From positions 77,186 to 141,185 of the forward strand of contig JBNKTL010000003.1 of assembly GCA_050298055.1 (NCBI GenBank): a DNA stretch of 64,000 nt. Reading direction: 5' to 3'. The stretch is from Spirochaetota bacterium (GTDB lineage Bacteria; Spirochaetota; UBA4802; UBA5550). Position 1 is the first letter of the stretch. Every line of letters starts with the position of its first letter. Under the pieces are notes generated by a model. The model did not search any database. It saw only the letters and a list, made by a program, of their open reading frames with translations, and was not told the origin of the DNA. This document shows positions 59,607 to 64,000 of this stretch, in pieces. The position numbers and the translations under genes are program-made.

Positions 59607-59888
59607 GTTTTAATAAAATTGTCATTGACATTTTTATTAATGAATAAATATCATTTATAAATTGCAGTGTTCCAAGTTGATCTTTTGCGGGGAATTTTTT
59701 GAACAATCCTGTTTCGTCCCTGCAGGCAAATGTCCGGTTTTCTCCAGACACTCAACAGGGTGTTGAAATTGTATCGGCCGATATAAGTAATGAAGCAGCA
59801 TGACCTGTGGACCTTCCTTATGACGGTTGCGCGTATTCGTACAATTATCTTTTAAGTCCTTTTTAAGTATTTACTCTATTATACTGTT

Positions 59889-62147
59889 ATGGCGAGAAAA
59901 TTCCGAAAAGACAAAAATATGATAAAAAATATTTTTATATCTTTTGGAATTTTATTATTTGTAAATACGGCATATACTCAGACTGGTAATCTTCGAGCTG
60001 ATAAAAAAGTTCTTATTCTGCACTCACAACATGCAACATTTCAATGGACCGGTAAATTGGATAGGGCAATTAAAGAAGAATTTGCCGGCGCTCCCTTTAA
60101 CATTCAGCTTTATACCGAGTATATGGACACAAGGCGGTTTCCGGCAAAAGAACTCTTCCCTCAACTCTACAGGATCTATCAGAAGAAATACCGGCATCTC
60201 GAGTTTGATCTCATTCTCTTTACTGATAACGCGGCATTAAATTTCCTGATAAGATACCGTGACGGCCTTTTCCCTCACGTCCCCGTTGTTTTTTGCGGTC
60301 TCAATAATTATACGCCGGTCATGATCGGCGTCTATAAAGGCATTACCGGTATCCTGGAAGATTTTGATTTAAAAGCTACCATTGAACTCATCCTCTCTAT
60401 CCAGCCAAAAATCAAAACAATCGGGATAGTCTCGGACGCTTCTTATACCGGCCGATTACATCGACAGCGATTTCTTGCCCTGAAACCTTCATTTAACAAC
60501 CGGGTTACTCTTCGTGATATTGCAGGTCTCGATGAGAAACAGGTTGTCAGGGAGATCCGGCAAATGCCGGAAGACTCCGCCGTCATTGTATTATCCTACC
60601 ACCTGGATCCCCGGGGGAAATTTTTCTCTGTCAGGGAAGGACTGGAAATACTCCAAAAAGGGAAACGCCCCCTTTATTCCTGTTGGGAAACATCACTGGG
60701 AGAAGGCATTGTCGGCGGGATCATCACAAATGCCCGGCGACATGGCCGGGATGCCGCCAGAATGGGAATTGATATTCTGAAAGGGAAAAAAACAGATGAT
60801 ATCCCTGTTCAATCATGTACAAACCTGCCAATGTTCGATTACCGTTTCATAAAGAAGTATAAGATCAACCAGTCCCTGCTTCCAACAAACAGTATTATCA
60901 TCAATAAACCCGATTCATTTTATATTCGATATCATAAAACGATTCTTTTTATCTTATGCAGCTTTGCTATTATGGCAGGTTTAATTGCCGGTCTTATTAT
61001 CAACATTATGAAAAAACAACAGGTTCAGAACGAACTGGTCCGCGAACGCAACTTTATTAAAACGATTTTGGAAACAGCTGATGTACTGGTAATAGTCATT
61101 AATCTATCGGGGAAGATTATTATTTTTAACAGGGCCTGCCAGAAATGCACGGGCTATACTGTCGAAGATATTCAGCAGATACCGTTCTGGGACATATTGT
61201 TTTTACCTGAAGACAAAAAAGAAATCCGAACATTTATAGAAAATGCCCACAAAGATTTTCCCCGGGAATATGAAAAATACCTGGTAACAAAAAATGGCCT
61301 GCAGCGTTTAATTCACTGGTTAAACTCCATGGTCATAAATCGACAGGGTGATATTGACTTTATCATTTGCACGGGAATTGACATTACCGGGCGTAAACAA
61401 ACCGAAGAAGAGCTATGCCGATATCGTGATCATCTCGAAGAACTGGTACAGGAACGCACAAAGGAGTTGGAGGCTTTTGCGTACTCCGTATCTCATGATC
61501 TCAGGGCACCGCTTCGACATATTAATGGTTTTATTGATTTGCTGAAAAATAATACGGGAACAACCCTTGATGAAAAGGGCCGGTATTACATGAATTTCAT
61601 TTCTAATGCGGCTACGAAAATGGGTTTTTTAATAGATGATCTTCTTTCGTTTTCCCGTCTGGGCCGCCAGACAATGAATCTCAAACCTGTTGAACTGGGA
61701 GAAATTGTATCCGAAACAATAAAGAGTTTAAATCCCGATATTTCTGAAAAAAATATTGAGTGGAACATCAGCACCCTTCCGGAGGTTTACGCTGATGCTT
61801 CCATGCTGCATGTGGTACTCTCAAACCTGGTTTCAAACGCTGTAAAATTTTCACGGACGCGCAAGCAGACGCGAATTGAAATAGGTTCCCATTCCCGGGA
61901 AAAGGAAATTGTCGTCTTCATCCGTGATAACGGTATCGGTTTTAATCAGGAATATGCGGACAATCTTTTCGGCGTCTTCCAGCGACTTCACCGGGCTGAT
62001 GAATATGAAGGGACCGGTGTTGGTCTGGCAATTGCCCAGCGGATCATTAATCGTCACAATGGTGAAATATGGGCGGAAGGTGAAATGGACAGCGGAGCAA
62101 CATTTTATTTTTCTCTGCCGCAACCTGTTCAAAGAGATGAAATATGA
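59889..62147 (+). CDS. Sensor histidine kinase: periplasmic solute-binding-protein-like sensor domain, one TM helix, a PAS domain, then HisKA and HATPase_c.
   Basis: Signal/TM at N-terminus and a TM at about residue 345 (ILFILCSFAIMAGLIAGLII). PAS region (NRACQKCTGYTVEDI). H-box (SVSHDLRAPL). N, G1 and G2 boxes (NAVKF, DNGIGF, GTGVGLAI). Confidence 0.85.
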   Translation: MARKFRKDKNMIKNIFISFGILLFVNTAYTQTGNLRADKKVLILHSQHATFQWTGKLDRAIKEEFAGAPFNIQLYTEYMDTRRFPAKELFPQLYRIYQKKYRHLEFDLILFTDNAALNFLIRYRDGLFPHVPVVFCGLNNYTPVMIGVYKGITGILEDFDLKATIELILSIQPKIKTIGIVSDASYTGRLHRQRFLALKPSFNNRVTLRDIAGLDEKQVVREIRQMPEDSAVIVLSYHLDPRGKFFSVREGLEILQKGKRPLYSCWETSLGEGIVGGIITNARRHGRDAARMGIDILKGKKTDDIPVQSCTNLPMFDYRFIKKYKINQSLLPTNSIIINKPDSFYIRYHKTILFILCSFAIMAGLIAGLIINIMKKQQVQNELVRERNFIKTILETADVLVIVINLSGKIIIFNRACQKCTGYTVEDIQQIPFWDILFLPEDKKEIRTFIENAHKDFPREYEKYLVTKNGLQRLIHWLNSMVINRQGDIDFIICTGIDITGRKQTEEELCRYRDHLEELVQERTKELEAFAYSVSHDLRAPLRHINGFIDLLKNNTGTTLDEKGRYYMNFISNAATKMGFLIDDLLSFSRLGRQTMNLKPVELGEIVSETIKSLNPDISEKNIEWNISTLPEVYADASMLHVVLSNLVSNAVKFSRTRKQTRIEIGSHSREKEIVVFIRDNGIGFNQEYADNLFGVFQRLHRADEYEGTGVGLAIAQRIINRHNGEIWAEGEMDSGATFYFSLPQPVQRDEI

Positions 62148-62264
62148 TCAGCTCAATTCAGTTCGCGATGCTTCTGTTTATATAACAATTGCAGCTGCAA
62201 TTCCGGCGTCTCCCATCACCCGAAGGGACCCTAACATGAGCCGGGTTTGTCCTCCGGATGTGTC

Positions 62265-63215
62265 TCATACGCGGTTTCTCAGCATCAGTTCAACCGGAGG
62301 GGGGTAGAGGTAGTACTGGCTCTCCAGGTATTCAACTCCGAACTTTCTCACATAGTGACGGAGAAGAATGAGCGGTATTATGAGCGGGAGCTGTTCATGA
62401 TAATAGTCATCTATTGCCTCCAGGAGTTCCACTTTCTCGTCAGCATTTAAATGTTTTTTAAAGTATCCCATGATATACTGCAGGACATTCCTGTTCTTTT
62501 TTACCGTTACTTCCCGTTTAAGGCAATCCATCATGACAAGAAAATACTCATCACGATTTTTCTTTCTTTCACCTTTCGTTCCCTCCGCGGCCAGCCTGCC
62601 CAGTTTGTGAAGATGGACAGGGCTGTGCGCCATGAAGATGAGCTTATGATCCGCATGAAACGCCGCAAGATCTTCCGCGCCGCCGCCTTTTCCTGCGAAC
62701 TCTCTCCACCTGCTGAAGACAAAGATCCTCCGGATAAAGTTCTCCCTTTTCCCGGGATCACCGAGTCTCTCTTCATCCTCCACGGGGATATAAGGAAACC
62801 GGTCCATAAAGGCCCCGGCAAAGAGGCCCCGTCCCCTCCGCACGGATTTACCATCAGCACCAAAGACCTTTACGCTCCGCATGCAGGAACAGCTGGGAGA
62901 CCTGTTCTTGAAGATAAAACCTGCCGGTTCCTCTTCTTCAAGCTCCCCGATCTTCTTTTCCACCCATTTGACCATCCGGTCAGTATGGTCCTTACCTGTT
63001 TTCCGGGTCACCAGGCGCGGATCTTCCGGGTCGCCCACAAGCCGCATGGGTTCCCGGGGAACAGGCAGTCCGCATTCCACCTCGGGGCAGACCGGTACCC
63101 ACTCCACATATTTTTCCAGTGTCTCTTTCAGGCAGCGGTCATGTTTGTCTTCACCGTCATACCTGACTCTCTCTCCCAGGAGGCATGAACTTATCCCCAG
63201 TTTAATTTTGTCCAT
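62265..63215 (-). CDS. DUF523/DUF1722 two-domain protein (YbgA-like).
   Basis: The N-terminal DUF523 signature is LGISSCLLGERVRYDG...VPVCPE. The C-terminal half matches DUF1722 (FHADHKLIFMAHSP...). Confidence 0.65.
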   Translation of the reverse strand: MDKIKLGISSCLLGERVRYDGEDKHDRCLKETLEKYVEWVPVCPEVECGLPVPREPMRLVGDPEDPRLVTRKTGKDHTDRMVKWVEKKIGELEEEEPAGFIFKNRSPSCSCMRSVKVFGADGKSVRRGRGLFAGAFMDRFPYIPVEDEERLGDPGKRENFIRRIFVFSRWREFAGKGGGAEDLAAFHADHKLIFMAHSPVHLHKLGRLAAEGTKGERKKNRDEYFLVMMDCLKREVTVKKNRNVLQYIMGYFKKHLNADEKVELLEAIDDYYHEQLPLIIPLILLRHYVRKFGVEYLESQYYLYPPPVELMLRNRV

Positions 63216-63501
63216 TGGTCTTCAAATAAATTCACAATTAACATTTTCCGGCCGGTTTTTCCGGGTTCAAATGAGCGCCAACTTCCCGTTCCATTCCGGT
63301 AATGAGAAAGCCGGGCAGCGGGAATGTAAAGTACTATTTTATGGGAAAGAAATTTGAGAGATATTGACATATCATCTAACATGAATTTGTATGTTTAACA
63401 CTGTCAACAGGAATTGAGTTAAAAAACTGAAAAACAGGTTGACACTATGCTTATTTACACATATTTTCCGGGTCATACTTTTTTTAAAAAGGAGACCAAT
63501 A

Positions 63502-64000
63502 ATGAGTATAGTATGGGAACGAGGGAAAAAGTCTGCCATAGAACGCTGGAACATCTGGGCAGAGGATCCCAAACGTTTACTGGCAGATCTTGACGCACTT
63601 CGCAGAAATGAGAATCTTCCGAGCCTCCTTGATCTTACCATTGCAGGTACCGCTATTGAAACATGGACCATTGAGGGATCCGATCCCATGAGTAAATTTG
63701 TCGTCTGGTTCGATGCAGGAGAGGACCTGAAATACTGGTCCCTGTTGCCCCCCTGTAAGGATTCACCCGATTTTTCCCCGGCGATCCAGTGGCAGCCGCC
63801 TGAAGATTACCTTCAGTTTCTCTCCCTCTGTGATGGCCTGGAACCGACTAATATTTCAAAATTCACTCCCCACTGGAAAGAAGACCGCGCTGAGATCAAA
63901 GCGGGAAATAATACGTTCTTCAATGGCGTGGAAGAAAGTTTTCTTTCCAACGAAATGCTGTACGGGGAAGATTTCCTTGCCGACATACATGAAGATCCCG
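63502..64000 (+). CDS. Hypothetical protein; the 3' end lies beyond the window.
   Basis: ATG at 63502 is preceded by AAAGGAG 8 nt upstream. The frame is open to the window end (MSIVWERGKKSAIERWNIW...). A sigma70-like -35/-10 pair (ttgaca ... tatttt) lies at about 63438-63470. Confidence 0.5.
   Translation, partial: MSIVWERGKKSAIERWNIWAEDPKRLLADLDALRRNENLPSLLDLTIAGTAIETWTIEGSDPMSKFVVWFDAGEDLKYWSLLPPCKDSPDFSPAIQWQPPEDYLQFLSLCDGLEPTNISKFTPHWKEDRAEIKAGNNTFFNGVEESFLSNEMLYGEDFLADIHEDP

Overview
This 64 kb window is a bacterial chromosomal segment with mixed composition. Housekeeping genes sit at roughly 50% GC by eye; interspersed with them are lower-GC islands and one high-GC molybdoenzyme operon. 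The housekeeping backbone comprises rdgB and nth, tRNA-Arg with prfA and prmC, mtnA, ribBA, dus, pyrD, hisC, apbE, larE, tRNA-Asp, and the divergently transcribed def-fmt pair. Accessory content includes a TAT-exported molybdopterin oxidoreductase alpha/beta pair; a cluster of three giant surface proteins (a DUF285/BspA-like tandem-repeat protein, a 1151-aa Thr/Ser-rich lipoprotein, and an 814-aa protein with a C-terminal T9SS-like sorting domain); and a multi-domain M1-like peptidase, ChaN and PDZ fusion. Further accessory genes are several cNMP-binding proteins, a GGDEF diguanylate cyclase, a REC plus GHKL-ATPase regulator, a hybrid sensor kinase, and gene remnants (truncated PIN, a DUF5615-like fragment, an ICMT-like pseudogene, and an MFS transporter with an in-frame stop). 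Most notable are two families of short palindromic intergenic repeats. One is a MITE-like element of about 115-160 bp with imperfect terminal inverted repeats and a central GC hairpin, present in five copies, all in intergenic regions next to the start of a + strand gene. The other is a composite of about 230 bp present in two copies that bracket a 5.9 kb gene block. Other points of interest are an HNH nuclease translationally overlapped with an 821-aa protein of unknown function, an AT-rich island of three unknown genes with a poly-G tract, and a paralogous pair of unknown proteins that share an upstream motif. All functional calls rest on recognising motifs by eye in the supplied translations; no database search was possible.
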